64,000 nucleotides of DNA from a bacterium (GCA_965219955.1 OZ244799.1:2144001-2208000), one strand, 5' to 3'. Counted from the stretch's first letter, positions 9,721 through 20,121 are shown. The notes: a model not told the origin generated them from the letters alone. Made by a program: numbers and translations.

Positions 9721-10833
9721 TCAGAATTTGGGTCGTCCCTCGGGAGCGTACCCCGTCATCTCGACAAAGCCCACCCCCGTGAGCTTTTTTTCGCCCGAAA
9801 CGCCTTCGGCGAATACGCCTCCTTCCCAATAGGTGATGCCCGTACTTCCCTTCGATTCAATCTCCTGCGCGCGGGCGTATGGCTCAACCCGCAACCGAAG
9901 GCCGTGCGCCGGAACCTCGACCTCCCACCCCATGGGATAGACGGCGCCGCTCCGCTCGCTCTTCCAGCTACCCGTGCCCTGGAAGCGGAAATCACCGAGG
10001 CGCAGATGCGCCGCGCGGCCATCCGCCTCCACCAGCGTGCCGCTGCTCGTGGGCTCCACGCCCCCGTCTTTTCGTCTCATGAGATATAACATCAAATCGC
10101 GTCCGTCGGACAACTGGAGGCTCAGCCAGTCCCACCCCACCTGATCCTTCGTCAACTGGTTCGAGCCGAACTCATGGTCCATCCACGCCGTTCCCCGAAC
10201 ATCGAGCCGCCTCCCTTCGATTTCGAGAGCACCCGACGCGAGAAGCCGCGTGTAGGAATAATAGTGAGAGGCGCGCCCCGGACCCGGCGCCTTCCGGCTC
10301 ACCCCGTCCTCGCCGTGAATCACGAGGGGCTTCCCGGGCTTAAGTTCCAGGCCCAGTTTCATCTCGGGCGTCGCCGCGCTGATGCGAATCGAGAATAAAC
10401 CTTCCCCGCCCTCGCTCTCGGCGCTCCAGTCGCGCAGCCAGACCTTGAAATTCTCCTCCGAGGCGCCCGCCTGCTCGAGTTCTCCCCGGCTGATTCGCTC
10501 GGAAAACCAGTGCTTTCCGCGCTTCGCGTCCAGGACCGAGAAATGCCCGAAATAAAGGTTCCTGAGCGCCCAGCGGCTCTTCGATTTTGGCGGCGCTCCC
10601 GGTCGAAGCCCCGCCCTGAAAAACGTGAGCATGAACGGGTATCTTTCGCCTTCTGAATCCCGCAGGTTGCCCGAGAAATACCACCACTCCGTACGGAACG
10701 CCTCGTGCGCGCCGTGATCGCGGGGGAACTCGTAGCGATAGCCGGGAAGCGCCTGCCGCCAACTCGCAGGATGCGCGGGCGCAGCGCCCAGGATGAAGAG
10801 GGCGGCCAGAAGGGATGGAAAAAGTTTCTTCAT
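9721..10833 (-). CDS. CrtC/AttH-like lipocalin-fold secreted hydrolase (carotenoid 1,2-hydratase family)
   Basis: FPRDHGAH, EWWYFSGNL, WMDHEFGS, GWDW, YWEG and GFVEMTGY motifs; signal peptide; ATGA overlap with the permease gene. Confidence 0.9.
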   Translation of the reverse strand: MKKLFPSLLAALFILGAAPAHPASWRQALPGYRYEFPRDHGAHEAFRTEWWYFSGNLRDSEGERYPFMLTFFRAGLRPGAPPKSKSRWALRNLYFGHFSVLDAKRGKHWFSERISRGELEQAGASEENFKVWLRDWSAESEGGEGLFSIRISAATPEMKLGLELKPGKPLVIHGEDGVSRKAPGPGRASHYYSYTRLLASGALEIEGRRLDVRGTAWMDHEFGSNQLTKDQVGWDWLSLQLSDGRDLMLYLMRRKDGGVEPTSSGTLVEADGRAAHLRLGDFRFQGTGSWKSERSGAVYPMGWEVEVPAHGLRLRVEPYARAQEIESKGSTGITYWEGGVFAEGVSGEKKLTGVGFVEMTGYAPEGRPKF

Positions 10834-13424
10834 TCCCCGCTCAATGCCTCCCGAATGGGAATTCTCGCGGCGGCTCTCGCGGGGAGCCAGCCTGCCGCCA
10901 GCGAGGCGAGCACCACGACGAGAAGATAGACCGCCATCGCCTTCCAGGTGAAGATATACTGGATCGTCCAGCCGAAACTGAGCTTGTTGACGACGAAGAT
11001 CAGGATGGCCGCCAGACACACGCCCGCCGCAAGGCCGACCAAAACCGAGAGCGCGCCCAGAATGACCGCCTCCCCCATGATGGCGCTGATGATTCCCTTG
11101 CGGTTCAGGCCCATGGCGCGCAGCGCGCCGATTTCGTGCACGCGCTCCAGGATGTTCGAACTCAGGCCCGTGGCCACGCTGAGCAGAGCCACCGCGACGG
11201 CGATGAACTCCAGCGCATACGTGATGGCGAACGTCTGGTCGAAGATGTTCGATACGCGCTTTTTGAGGCCCGCGTTCGAGATCAGCACCATGGTGGGGTC
11301 GAGAACTCCTTCGAGCGATTTGCGAACCTCTTCCGGGCGCGCGTTTTCCGTGAGATAAATCGCCAGGGCGCTCAAGCGATCGTCCCCCCAGTGTTTTTTC
11401 AGGAATTCGCGATCCACCACGACGAACCCGCCGTCGGTGGTGTAGTCGTAATACACGCCCGCGACGCGCACCGCGACCTCGCCCCCCGGAGCCGGGAGGC
11501 GCAGGAGGTCCCCTTTCTTCACGCCGTAGAGGTTCGAGAACGTCTCGGTGATTATCGCCTCGCCGCGCTCCCTCGCCCGCGTGATCGTTTCTTTCGAGTC
11601 GCCCTCCAGGAACAGCCGCCTGCCCCTCTCGGCCTCGATGAGAAAATCACCGCCCGCCAGCGTGATGCGCTCTCCGCGCCAGGGCAGGCGAACGGCCCTG
11701 AAGCCACCGACCGCCGCGACGCCCGAAACGCCGCCGATAGCCTGAATCGCGTCTTCTGAAACGCTCGCCTTCGACCCCTTGATGAAGCGCGACGCGGGCG
11801 CGGCGTAGAAGTCGGCTCTCAGCGTCTGCCGCGTCCAGATTTCCACCGTGGCGCGGAAGCTCTCGATCATGATGATGAGGCTCACCAGCATGGCCACGGC
11901 GATGGCCAGCGAAGACAGCGTGACCGCGTTTCGATGCGGGTGCCTGCCCAGGCCGTGCGCGGCGAGCCAGGCGTTCACGGCGCCGCCCGGAAGCCGCCGG
12001 ATGATGATCGAACCCAGCAAGACGACCGGCAGACTCGCGAGCGCGGTGGCCAGAATGACCGCCGCAGCCGATAGATAGCCGGGCCAGGGCGTCCCCTGCG
12101 CCAGGGCTCGCAAGTTCAGCCCGTAGGCGATGAGGGCGGCTACCGAAGCGCTTGCGGCGTAAGCGGCGATGGCCGCAGGCCGCACCTCCACTTTTCCGCG
12201 CGCCTCCACGGCGCCCTGGCGGGGACTCTGACGCGAGGCGACGATTGCAGGATAAATCCCCGAAACGAGGGAAACGCCCAGCCCCATGCCGAATCCCCAA
12301 AACAGCTCTCGTGGTCCAAAGAGAACGTGGCGCACCTCCAGAAACGCGTAGAGATTGCGTATCGTCTGGGAGATGAACGAGAGAGCGCCCTGGGCCATGA
12401 ACACCCCCATCGCAACGCCAAGGCACGAACCGGCCAGGCCGATGCAAAGCGCCTCCGCGCCGTAAAGGCAGACGATTCCTCTCGACGTCATGCCCAGTGA
12501 GCGCAGGGTGGCGATTTCACCCCTGCGCCGCAAGACCGAAGCCGACATCGTGTTGTAGATCAGAAAACAGCCCACCAGGAGTGAGATGACGCTCAGCACC
12601 GTGAGATTGAGCTGGAACGACGCAAGCATTTTCTCCACGTCGCGTCCGCGCCGCGCGGGCCGCTCGACAATCGCGCCGGACGGGAGGATGCGCTGGATTT
12701 TTTCGCGGATCGATTCGATTTCGCCATCATCCTCCAGAATCAGATCGATCCTGTCCAGACGGCCGAAACGCTCGAACACCTCTTGCGCCACGCCGATGTC
12801 CATGATGATCAGGCGGCCGTCCATCGACTTCGCCATGCCTTCGGGCTTCAGGACGCCACGGACGCGAAAGCGCATCCGACGCGCGGCCTCGATCTCGACG
12901 AAATCGCCAACGCCCGCGCCCAGCGCATCCGCCACCCCTCGGGCGATGAACAGACCCTGCGGGTCGGCGATGCGCGAAAGAATTTCCTCGCGCGAGTATT
13001 TGTTCTCAAACGAATAGCCCCTGAAATCGTTATCCCCCAGCAGGTCGAGTCCCAGCGCCAGCGCGGCGCGTCCTTGAGCCGGGGCGCCGCGCCGCCACCT
13101 GTCTCCTGTGCCGTCCGCCTTCCGCACCCAGACGTGCCGCTGCATGACGGGCGCCGCTCTTCTCACTTCCTTCATGTCGCGGAGTCTCAAGATGAGATTT
13201 TCATCCACGCCCAGACCGCCCGCGGAGACTTCGAGTTGCGTCTTGCCGGAAATGGCAACCAAACTGTTTTCAAACGCCCGGGTGGACGTCTCGTTCGCCA
13301 TCTTGACGGCGATGAACACGGCGACGCCCAGGGCCACGCCCACGAGCGTGAGAGCCAGGCGAAACGGCTCTTCCTTGAGGCGCCGCCAGGCGAGAAGGCG
13401 CAAGAGGGAAAAGGTGAGGCTCAT
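10830..13424 (-). CDS. ABC transporter permease, FtsX/MacB-like (AttF/G type)
   Basis: Two MacB-periplasmic plus FtsX repeats (RRGEIATLRSLG, ERVHEIGALRAMG). Confidence 0.9.
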   Translation of the reverse strand: MSLTFSLLRLLAWRRLKEEPFRLALTLVGVALGVAVFIAVKMANETSTRAFENSLVAISGKTQLEVSAGGLGVDENLILRLRDMKEVRRAAPVMQRHVWVRKADGTGDRWRRGAPAQGRAALALGLDLLGDNDFRGYSFENKYSREEILSRIADPQGLFIARGVADALGAGVGDFVEIEAARRMRFRVRGVLKPEGMAKSMDGRLIIMDIGVAQEVFERFGRLDRIDLILEDDGEIESIREKIQRILPSGAIVERPARRGRDVEKMLASFQLNLTVLSVISLLVGCFLIYNTMSASVLRRRGEIATLRSLGMTSRGIVCLYGAEALCIGLAGSCLGVAMGVFMAQGALSFISQTIRNLYAFLEVRHVLFGPRELFWGFGMGLGVSLVSGIYPAIVASRQSPRQGAVEARGKVEVRPAAIAAYAASASVAALIAYGLNLRALAQGTPWPGYLSAAAVILATALASLPVVLLGSIIIRRLPGGAVNAWLAAHGLGRHPHRNAVTLSSLAIAVAMLVSLIIMIESFRATVEIWTRQTLRADFYAAPASRFIKGSKASVSEDAIQAIGGVSGVAAVGGFRAVRLPWRGERITLAGGDFLIEAERGRRLFLEGDSKETITRARERGEAIITETFSNLYGVKKGDLLRLPAPGGEVAVRVAGVYYDYTTDGGFVVVDREFLKKHWGDDRLSALAIYLTENARPEEVRKSLEGVLDPTMVLISNAGLKKRVSNIFDQTFAITYALEFIAVAVALLSVATGLSSNILERVHEIGALRAMGLNRKGIISAIMGEAVILGALSVLVGLAAGVCLAAILIFVVNKLSFGWTIQYIFTWKAMAVYLLVVVLASLAAGWLPARAAARIPIREALSGE

Positions 13425-13441
13425 CAGCCCGCCGCCTCCGT

Positions 13442-14235
13442 GGTTGTTGAAAAACCCTTTCTCGCCCGGAATTGGCCCCCACCGCCGCGGCTGCGGACTT
13501 CACTCTTGAACAGCATGGCCGACAAACGAGAGAGGAAAGAATCACTCCCCCCTTGAAGGGGGTTGTTGAAAAAGTCCGATAAAGGAGGGTTGGCGGTTGT
13601 AGGGACAACCCTCCGTGGTTGTCCTTCGTCAGGACAGGCACGGAGGCCTGTCCCTACGGCAAACAATTCGATGATCGGGATTCCCTCCCCTCGATGGGGT
13701 TTCCGATGAACCTTCTTGAGGGGCTTTTTCAACAACCCCTGAAGGGGGTGTTGAAAAATTCCCGATTGAATGGTTTGGCGTAGGGGAGCACCTGTGTGTG
13801 CTCCCGTTTTCCGTGTTCTCGTCCGGGCGAGTTGGCGGACACGCAGGTCCGCCCCTACGTCACTCATCCCGAGCAACCCGCCACTCCGCCTCACCCTGAG
13901 TAGCGGCCCCTCGACTTCGCCCGGGGCAGGCTCCGCCGTTCCCCGACATCCCTCACCCTGGGTAGCGGTCCCTCGACTCCGCTCGGGGCAAGCTCCGCCT
14001 CCCCCACCTTCCTCATCCTGAGTAACCGCCGAAGGCGGTGTATCGAAGGATGCCTTCTCGCTCGCCGGGAGGCGCCTCCCATCCTTCGATACGGCGCTCG
14101 CGCGCCTACTCAGGATGAGGGTTTGGGGTCGTCCGGTGAGAGATTGCAAAAACCACGTTTTCCCGCAGGCGGACACGACACATGAGAGAGGACGTGGTCC
14201 AGCGCAGGGAGCGCTTATGGTCTTTTTCAACAACC
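13442..14235. mobile_element. 794-bp nested composite MITE inserted in the 3' end of the ABC ATPase gene
   Basis: Outer ends ggttgttgaaaaa and tttttcaacaacc; nested ends at 13558, 13739 and ~13744; REP doublets and CCTCA(C/T)CCTGAGTA modules inside. Confidence 0.8.
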
Positions 14236-14910
14236 ATCCTCCAGGCGGCCATCAACCATTCCGACCCTCCGGGTGGCGTAGCGCAAGGGCATCCGGTCGT
14301 GCGTGGCCATGATGATCGTGAAACCGTCTTCCCGGTGGAGTTCGGAAACGAGTTCCAGGACGTTTTGCGAGTTCTCGGTATCGAGGTTGCCCGTCGGTTC
14401 ATCGGCCAGGATGAGGCGGGGCTTGTGGATGACGGCGCGCGCGACGGCCACGCGCTGCATCTCGCCGCCCGAGAGCTGCCTCGGGAAACTGCGCATCCGG
14501 TTCGCCAGCCCGACGCGCGCCAGGGCGTTCTCGGCCATCTCCTTGATTTCGGACCGCTTCCGGCCCTGAAGCAGGAGCGGCAGGGCGACGTTCTCATACG
14601 CGGTCATCGTCGGCATGAGATGAAAGAACTGATGGATGAAGCCCACCTCTTTCCGGCGGATTTCGCTCAAGCCCTCATCGCTCAGGCGCGATATTTCGCG
14701 CCCGTCCAGAAAAACCTCGCCGCTCGATGGGGCGTCGACCGCGCCCATCAGGTGCAGAAACGTGCTCTTGCCCGAACCGCTGGGGCCCGAAACCGTGATA
14801 AACTCACCCTGCTCCGCCCGGAAGCTGACGTCCCTGAGCGCGTGGATGATCGCGTCGCCCGCGACGTAGGTTCTGGACACTTCTTTCAATTCGACCAGGG
14901 GGTGGGGCAT
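14227..14910 (-). CDS. ABC transporter ATP-binding protein (LolD/AttE-like)
   Basis: Walker A GPSGSGKS, LSGGEMQRVAVARA, ILADEPTGNLD and ATHD. Confidence 0.95.
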   Translation of the reverse strand: MPHPLVELKEVSRTYVAGDAIIHALRDVSFRAEQGEFITVSGPSGSGKSTFLHLMGAVDAPSSGEVFLDGREISRLSDEGLSEIRRKEVGFIHQFFHLMPTMTAYENVALPLLLQGRKRSEIKEMAENALARVGLANRMRSFPRQLSGGEMQRVAVARAVIHKPRLILADEPTGNLDTENSQNVLELVSELHREDGFTIIMATHDRMPLRYATRRVGMVDGRLEDGC

Positions 14911-14955
14911 ACCGTTTCTCCAAACGAACACATGGGAACATCAAGGAGTCTTCAC

Positions 14956-15354
14956 TTGTTCGAATCGCTGCCCGCCGTTTTCCTCATCACCAAAGACTAT
15001 GAGGCGTCGTGTCGTTTTTATACCGAAACGCTGGGTCTGAAAGAAGCGAGCCGGGCGAAAGACCACGTGCGCTATGACCTGGGAGGAACCTCGCTCGTCA
15101 TCCACGCGCCGATTCCCGATGAGGAGATGCGGAAGTGGAATCTCGAACCCCTCCGGGAGCCCCGCGGCTCTGGCGTCGTCGTCACGCTCACGCCCGAGGA
15201 CGTGGATCGCGCCCATGACGCGCTCATCGAAAAGGGCGCGGAGGTCATATTCCCTCCCCGCGACGCCCCCTGGGGCGTGCGCATGTTCATGCTGAAAGAC
15301 CCGAACGGGTTTCTGATCGAGGTCAGCAAACCCCTTCCAGGCGGGGATTGTTGA
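14956..15354 (+). CDS. VOC/glyoxalase family protein
   Basis: FYTETLGL and DAPWGVRMFMLKDPNGFLIEV motifs; AAGGAG RBS precedes TTG at 14956 (alternative ATG at 14932). Confidence 0.85.
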   Translation: MFESLPAVFLITKDYEASCRFYTETLGLKEASRAKDHVRYDLGGTSLVIHAPIPDEEMRKWNLEPLREPRGSGVVVTLTPEDVDRAHDALIEKGAEVIFPPRDAPWGVRMFMLKDPNGFLIEVSKPLPGGDC

Positions 15355-16112
15355 AGAAGCCCTCGTCAAGGGAGTACCCCCCCACCCCCCTTTTCGGGAC
15401 TGGTGAAAAAGCCCTTTATGCGTCCCCTGGAAACCGCCGACGCCCCTTTCCTCACCCTGAGTAGCCGCCGAAGGCGGCGTATCGAAGGGCGCGGTGAGTC
15501 GAACGCCTCGCGCCGGGCGAGAGGGCATCCTTCGATACGGCGCTTGCGCGCCTACTCAGGATGAGGCGGTGTGGTTTTGTTCGTCATTCCGGCGAAAGCC
15601 GGAATCCATTTTCGCCTTTGCCTTTTCGCCTCCTCGTTCGGCCGTCTTTACTTCCGGGCGAGGCGGATCGGAATCGAACACAAAAACGAAAGGCGAATTC
15701 TCTGGATTCCCGCATCCGGATACCGGCCAACAACGAGGTCGTGGCACCCTGCCCGGTGAAAAGTCAAAATGGATTCCGGCTTTCGCCGGAATGACGGCGG
15801 GGCGTGACCGTAGGGACAGGTCGCGACCTGTCCCTACAGAACCACCGCGCCAGTCCGTAATCACTCCCCCCTTGAGGGTCTGGCTTCCCGAGGGGAAAGC
15901 CAGACGAAGAGCTAAGGGCGTAAGCCCGAAAGCGATTCGGTGGGGGGGATAATCCGGAATGGCGATAAAACGCGATTCACCCCCCACCGATTCAGCCTTC
16001 GCACAAACCGCTCGGCTTCATCGACTCCCCCTCAAGGGGGGAGTGATTTTTCTCTCTCGTCGGTCGGTTGCATACGACAAATCCAGAGTTCCGGGCTTTT
16101 CCAACAACCCCC
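15343..16112. mobile_element. Composite MITE-like cassette with four hairpin-module families
   Basis: Ends ggggattgttgaagaag and cttttccaacaaccccc. Modules: CCTCACCCTGAGTA doublet 15450-15566, GTCATTCCGG element ~15583-15795, GTAG palindrome 15810-15837, CACTCCCCC-TTGA-GGG element 15859-16048. Confidence 0.8.
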
Positions 16113-16119
16113 AACCGGC

Positions 16120-16989
16120 TCAGGACAGGCCTTCGAACACCGACCTCTCCTCGCCTCGCACTTCCGTCTGCGATTGGGCGCAAACGAAGGTTTCCTCGTT
16201 GTAGAGCCACCGCCCCGTCATGCGGACGAACCACCAGAAGAAATTCCCGTTGATCTGGCTCTTGTGCGCGGTGAGCGCGCGCCATTTGCGGCGAAGGTAT
16301 CTGCGGATGTTCACGCGGGTGGTGATGAGTTCATCCGGCGTCCCGTACTTGTCCTCCCGGAAATCGGGATCGTCGAGCGGCGTTTTCTGTCCGAAAAGCT
16401 TCATCCAGCGCCAGGCGCGCAGCATCTTCGTGCGCGACCAGGCGGTGTGGTAGAACTTGGGAACGCGCCAGGCCTCTCGTCCGCTTTCAGGAAATCGGGA
16501 GGAGTCCGCGGCCGCCTCCAGCGCCTCGGTGGTGACCTTGTTGGCCATTAGATGATCGGGGTGGCCGTACCCGCCCTGCTCGTTGTAGGTGACGACCACG
16601 TCGGGGCGATAACGGCGTATGTAGCCCACTATCCTGCCGACGACTTCCTCCTCATCGGCGTTCTTGAATGCTTTAACATGTCCGTTCCCCTCCCATCCGT
16701 CCATGCCCGAATCGCGATAGCCCAGGGCGTGAACCTCGGAAACCTGCAGAATCCGCGCCGCGCGTTCGAGTTCTTCGATTCTGATCTCCCCGAGCCTGTT
16801 CTGGTCCGCCTCGGAGTCGGGGTCGAGTTTTTCGCCGAGATGCTCCATCTTGCCCATCTCGCCGTTGGTGCAGGTGATGAGTATGACGCGGTGGCCTTCG
16901 CGCGCGCTCCTGAGGATCAGGCCGCCCGTGCTGCTGCACTCATCGTCGGGGTGCGCATGGACAAGCATTAACGTGAAGGTTTTGGACAT
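16120..16989 (-). CDS. PIG-L/LmbE family deacetylase (Mca/MshB-like)
   Basis: VHAHPDDE, LGYRDSGM, GGYGHPDH and AHKSQ motifs. Confidence 0.9.
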   Translation of the reverse strand: MSKTFTLMLVHAHPDDECSSTGGLILRSAREGHRVILITCTNGEMGKMEHLGEKLDPDSEADQNRLGEIRIEELERAARILQVSEVHALGYRDSGMDGWEGNGHVKAFKNADEEEVVGRIVGYIRRYRPDVVVTYNEQGGYGHPDHLMANKVTTEALEAAADSSRFPESGREAWRVPKFYHTAWSRTKMLRAWRWMKLFGQKTPLDDPDFREDKYGTPDELITTRVNIRRYLRRKWRALTAHKSQINGNFFWWFVRMTGRWLYNEETFVCAQSQTEVRGEERSVFEGLS

Positions 16990-17060
16990 GGGTTCCGGAC
17001 GCCCGGAGGCGCGAGAAAGGCCGCCGGAACGAAGCCCGGCGGCCCTTGGAGGCGACAAAA

Positions 17061-18083
17061 CTAGTGGTGTTCCCAGGTGTCTCCCGAATTCAAGAGCGCG
17101 TCGATATCGCCCTCGCCTTTCGCCTGGGCCTCGGCGACTTGATCCACCATCAAGCCCTCGAACGGCGGACGCTCCACCTTCCTCAGAACGCCCAGGGGCA
17201 CGGGGCCGCCCTCGAGTTCGACCCGGCTCAGGATATGGGCGTAGCCGCCCGCCTCGTCGTCCACGCGGTGGACGGTCACGTCGGGGGAATCGGCCTCGAC
17301 GATGCGGACCTTGTAATCATCGAGGGAAATGCCCTTTCGATCATCCTCAGGGCCGTAGACGAGGGGCCGGCCGTCTTCGAGATAAACCACGTTCTGCTCT
17401 TTCATGCCTTTCTCGGTGAATTCGTGCCACGCGCCGTCGTTGAACACGATGCAGTTCTGCAGCACCTCGAGCAGGGACGTTCCCTCGTGGTTCGCCATCT
17501 CCTCGAACATCGAGGCCATGTGCTTCTGATCCCTGTCCGTCGTGCGGGCGACGAAGCTGCACTCCGCCCCCAGGGCCAGCGTCAGCGGGTGGAGCGGGTA
17601 GTCCACCGAGCCGATGGGCGTGGACTTCGTGCGCGAGCCCAGGAGCGAGGTCGGTGAATACTGGCCCTTGGTCAATCCGTACACGCGGTTGTTGAAGAGG
17701 ATGATCTTGACGCCCACGTTGCGGCGCATGGAGTGGATCAGGTGGTTTCCGCCGATGCTCAGCGCGTCGCCGTCACCGCTGATGACCCAGACGGAGAGGT
17801 CCGGGTTGCTCACCTTGACGCCGGTGGCGAACGCAGGCGCCCGCCCGTGAATGGTGTGGAAACCGAACGTGTCCATGTAGTAGGGGAAGCGCGCAGCGCA
17901 GCCGATGCCGGATACGAAAACGAACTTCTCGCGCGGAATCTCGAGCGTCGGCAAGACTTTTTGCATCTGCGCCAGAATCGCGTAGTCTCCGCAACCCGGG
18001 CACCAGCGCACGACCTGGTCGGACTGAAAATCCTTGCGGGTGAGGCCCAAACCCCCGCCGTTCTTGGTTGTCGTCGTAGACAT
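17061..18083 (-). CDS. korB: 2-oxoacid:ferredoxin oxidoreductase beta subunit
   Basis: WCPGCGD, SGIGC, HTIHGRA, GDGDALSIGGNH and YGLTKGQYSPTS. Confidence 0.9.
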   Translation of the reverse strand: MSTTTTKNGGGLGLTRKDFQSDQVVRWCPGCGDYAILAQMQKVLPTLEIPREKFVFVSGIGCAARFPYYMDTFGFHTIHGRAPAFATGVKVSNPDLSVWVISGDGDALSIGGNHLIHSMRRNVGVKIILFNNRVYGLTKGQYSPTSLLGSRTKSTPIGSVDYPLHPLTLALGAECSFVARTTDRDQKHMASMFEEMANHEGTSLLEVLQNCIVFNDGAWHEFTEKGMKEQNVVYLEDGRPLVYGPEDDRKGISLDDYKVRIVEADSPDVTVHRVDDEAGGYAHILSRVELEGGPVPLGVLRKVERPPFEGLMVDQVAEAQAKGEGDIDALLNSGDTWEHH

Positions 18084-19940
18084 TTAGAGTAACTCCTCAA
18101 TCTTGGTAATCAGTTCGCCGACCTTGAAGGGCTTGCCCTGAATTTTGTTGAAGCTGATCGTGTCGATCAGATACTGGTAGCGGAGCATCTTGGAGAGCTG
18201 CCCGAGGTTCAACTCGGGGACGAGGATTTTTTCGAAATTGCCGAGTACTTCTTCGAGGTTCGCCGGGAAGGGGTTGAGATGCCTCAGGTGAACCTGCGAT
18301 ACGGAGGCGCCGCGGGCCTGCAAGGCCTCGATCGCCGCCGTGATGGCGCCGAAGGTTCCACCCCAGCCGATGACGAGGACCTTGCCGCTCTCCTCGCCGA
18401 TGACCTTCGCGGGCGGGATGTCCTTCGCGATGCCTGCGATCTTCGCGTCGCGCGTACGCACCATGAACTCGTGGTTCTCGGGTTCGTAGTTGACGTTGCC
18501 GGTCTGGTCTTCCTTCTCGATTCCGCCGATCCTGTGCTCGAGCCCGGGCGTTCCGGGGATCGCCCACGGGCGGGCCATCGTTTCCGGGTCGCGAAGATAG
18601 GGCAGGAACCCTTCCGGGTCCGTGCGGAAGGTCACCGGCATCTCGGGAATATCCGCCGCCTTGGGCAGCAGCCAGGGTTCGGACCCGTTGGCCAGGTAGC
18701 CGTCGCTCAGGATCACGACGGGCGTCATGTATTTCACCGCCAGGCGGCTCGCCTCTATCGCCGTCCAGAAGCAGTCCCCCGGCGTGGCCGCCGCCACGAC
18801 CGGCAGCGGGCTTTCGCTGTTGCGCCCGAACATCACCTGAAGCAGGTCGGCCTGCTCGGTCTTCGTGGGAAGGCCCGTGCTGGGGCCGCCGCGCTGGATG
18901 TTGGCGATGACCATGGGAAGCTCCGTCATCACGCCCAGGCCCATGGCTTCGGCCTTGAGGGCGATGCCGGGGCCGCTCGAACACGTCACGCCTAGCGAGC
19001 CGGTGAACGAAGCGCCGAGGGCCGCGGAGACGGCGGCGATCTCGTCTTCCGCCTGGAAGGTTTGCACGCCGAAATTCTTGTGGCGGGAGAGTTCGTGGAG
19101 AACGTCGCTGGCCGGCGTAATCGGATAGGCGCCCCAGAAGAGGTTGATCCCCATCTTCTTCGTCGCCGCGATGAAGCCGTAGGCCAGGGCGACGTTGCCC
19201 GAGATGTTCCTGTACTTGCCGGCCGGATAGGTGGCCTCGCGCACGATGTAGTTGCTGGTGAATACCTCGGTGTTCTCGCCGAAGAAATAACCCGCCTCGA
19301 GCGCGCGCGTGTTGGCCTGCACGAACTCGGGTCGTTTTCCGAATTTCTCCTCGATCCACTCCCTGGTCGGCTCCAGCGGGCGCGAGTACATCCAGTACAT
19401 GAGCCCCAGCGCGAAGAAGTTCTTGCACCGATCCGCCAGGTTGGACTGAAGCTCCATGTCTTCGAGGGCCTGGCGCGTCATGGAGGTGATCTTCACCTCG
19501 TGGACGTCATAGTTGCCCTTGAACTCCTCATCCTCGAGCGGGTTGGACTCATAGCCGGCCTTGGCCAGGTTCTTCGGGCCGAAGTTGTCCACGTTGGCGA
19601 TGATGATGCCGCCGCTCTTCAAATCGCCGATGCTCGTCTTGAGCGCGGCGGGGTTCATCGCCACCAGCACGTCCACGGCGTCGCCCGGGGTATGGATGTC
19701 CCTGCTCGAGAAATTGATCTGGAACCCGCTCACTCCGGCCAGCGTCCCGACCGGGGCGCGAATCTCGGCGGGAAAGTCGGGGAACGTGCTCAGATCGTTC
19801 CCGGCGACGGCCGCCGCGTTCGTGAACCTGTCCCCGGTGAGCTGCATCCCGTCGCCGGAGTCGCCGGCGAAGCGAATCGCCACCGTTTCGAGTTCAACAA
19901 GCTGCTTCTCAGCCCCGTTTTTACCTGAAGACTCAGCCAT
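18084..19940 (-). CDS. korA: 2-oxoacid:ferredoxin oxidoreductase alpha subunit (gamma-alpha fusion)
   Basis: FAGDSGDGMQLTG, YPITPASD, QAEDEIAA and QRGGPSTGLPTKTEQAD. Confidence 0.9.
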   Translation of the reverse strand: MAESSGKNGAEKQLVELETVAIRFAGDSGDGMQLTGDRFTNAAAVAGNDLSTFPDFPAEIRAPVGTLAGVSGFQINFSSRDIHTPGDAVDVLVAMNPAALKTSIGDLKSGGIIIANVDNFGPKNLAKAGYESNPLEDEEFKGNYDVHEVKITSMTRQALEDMELQSNLADRCKNFFALGLMYWMYSRPLEPTREWIEEKFGKRPEFVQANTRALEAGYFFGENTEVFTSNYIVREATYPAGKYRNISGNVALAYGFIAATKKMGINLFWGAYPITPASDVLHELSRHKNFGVQTFQAEDEIAAVSAALGASFTGSLGVTCSSGPGIALKAEAMGLGVMTELPMVIANIQRGGPSTGLPTKTEQADLLQVMFGRNSESPLPVVAAATPGDCFWTAIEASRLAVKYMTPVVILSDGYLANGSEPWLLPKAADIPEMPVTFRTDPEGFLPYLRDPETMARPWAIPGTPGLEHRIGGIEKEDQTGNVNYEPENHEFMVRTRDAKIAGIAKDIPPAKVIGEESGKVLVIGWGGTFGAITAAIEALQARGASVSQVHLRHLNPFPANLEEVLGNFEKILVPELNLGQLSKMLRYQYLIDTISFNKIQGKPFKVGELITKIEELL

Positions 19941-20092
19941 TGGTTTGAATGTCCTTTAATTGGATGTATCTGGTTAAGGGTAATACGTGGAGGGTTTTAT
20001 TCACTGAGAAATACCATATGTCATGCATGTCTTTTTTTGGCATGTCCATTTGAGTCCGAGTGGCGATTCATACATCAACCAGCCGAGCGCGA

Positions 20093-20121
20093 ATTATGCG
20101 GAAATCCATTAAAGCCGTCAA
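20093..20121 (-). promoter_or_regulatory. Sigma70-type promoter for korAB
   Basis: TTGACG-N17-CATAAT on the minus strand, about 150 nt upstream of korA. Confidence 0.55.

Noticed and set aside
13424-14233. 269-aa ORF and other short ORFs spanning repeat cassettes (e.g. 15494-15987, 38997-39783)
   Set aside because: They are translations of the repeats (VIPAKAGI, VGTGRDLSL, PPLRG) and have no independent coding signal.
14227-14235. Cys-UGA (GC*) at the end of the ABC ATPase as possible Sec
   Set aside because: TGTTGA belongs to the MITE end; there is no redox context and no conserved continuation.
15346-15354. Cys-UGA (GDC*) at the end of the VOC protein as possible Sec
   Set aside because: The same MITE end supplies the codons.
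16120-16989. Mycothiol pathway inferred from the Mca/MshB-like deacetylase
   Set aside because: PIG-L family motifs do not fix the substrate, and no other msh genes are in the window.
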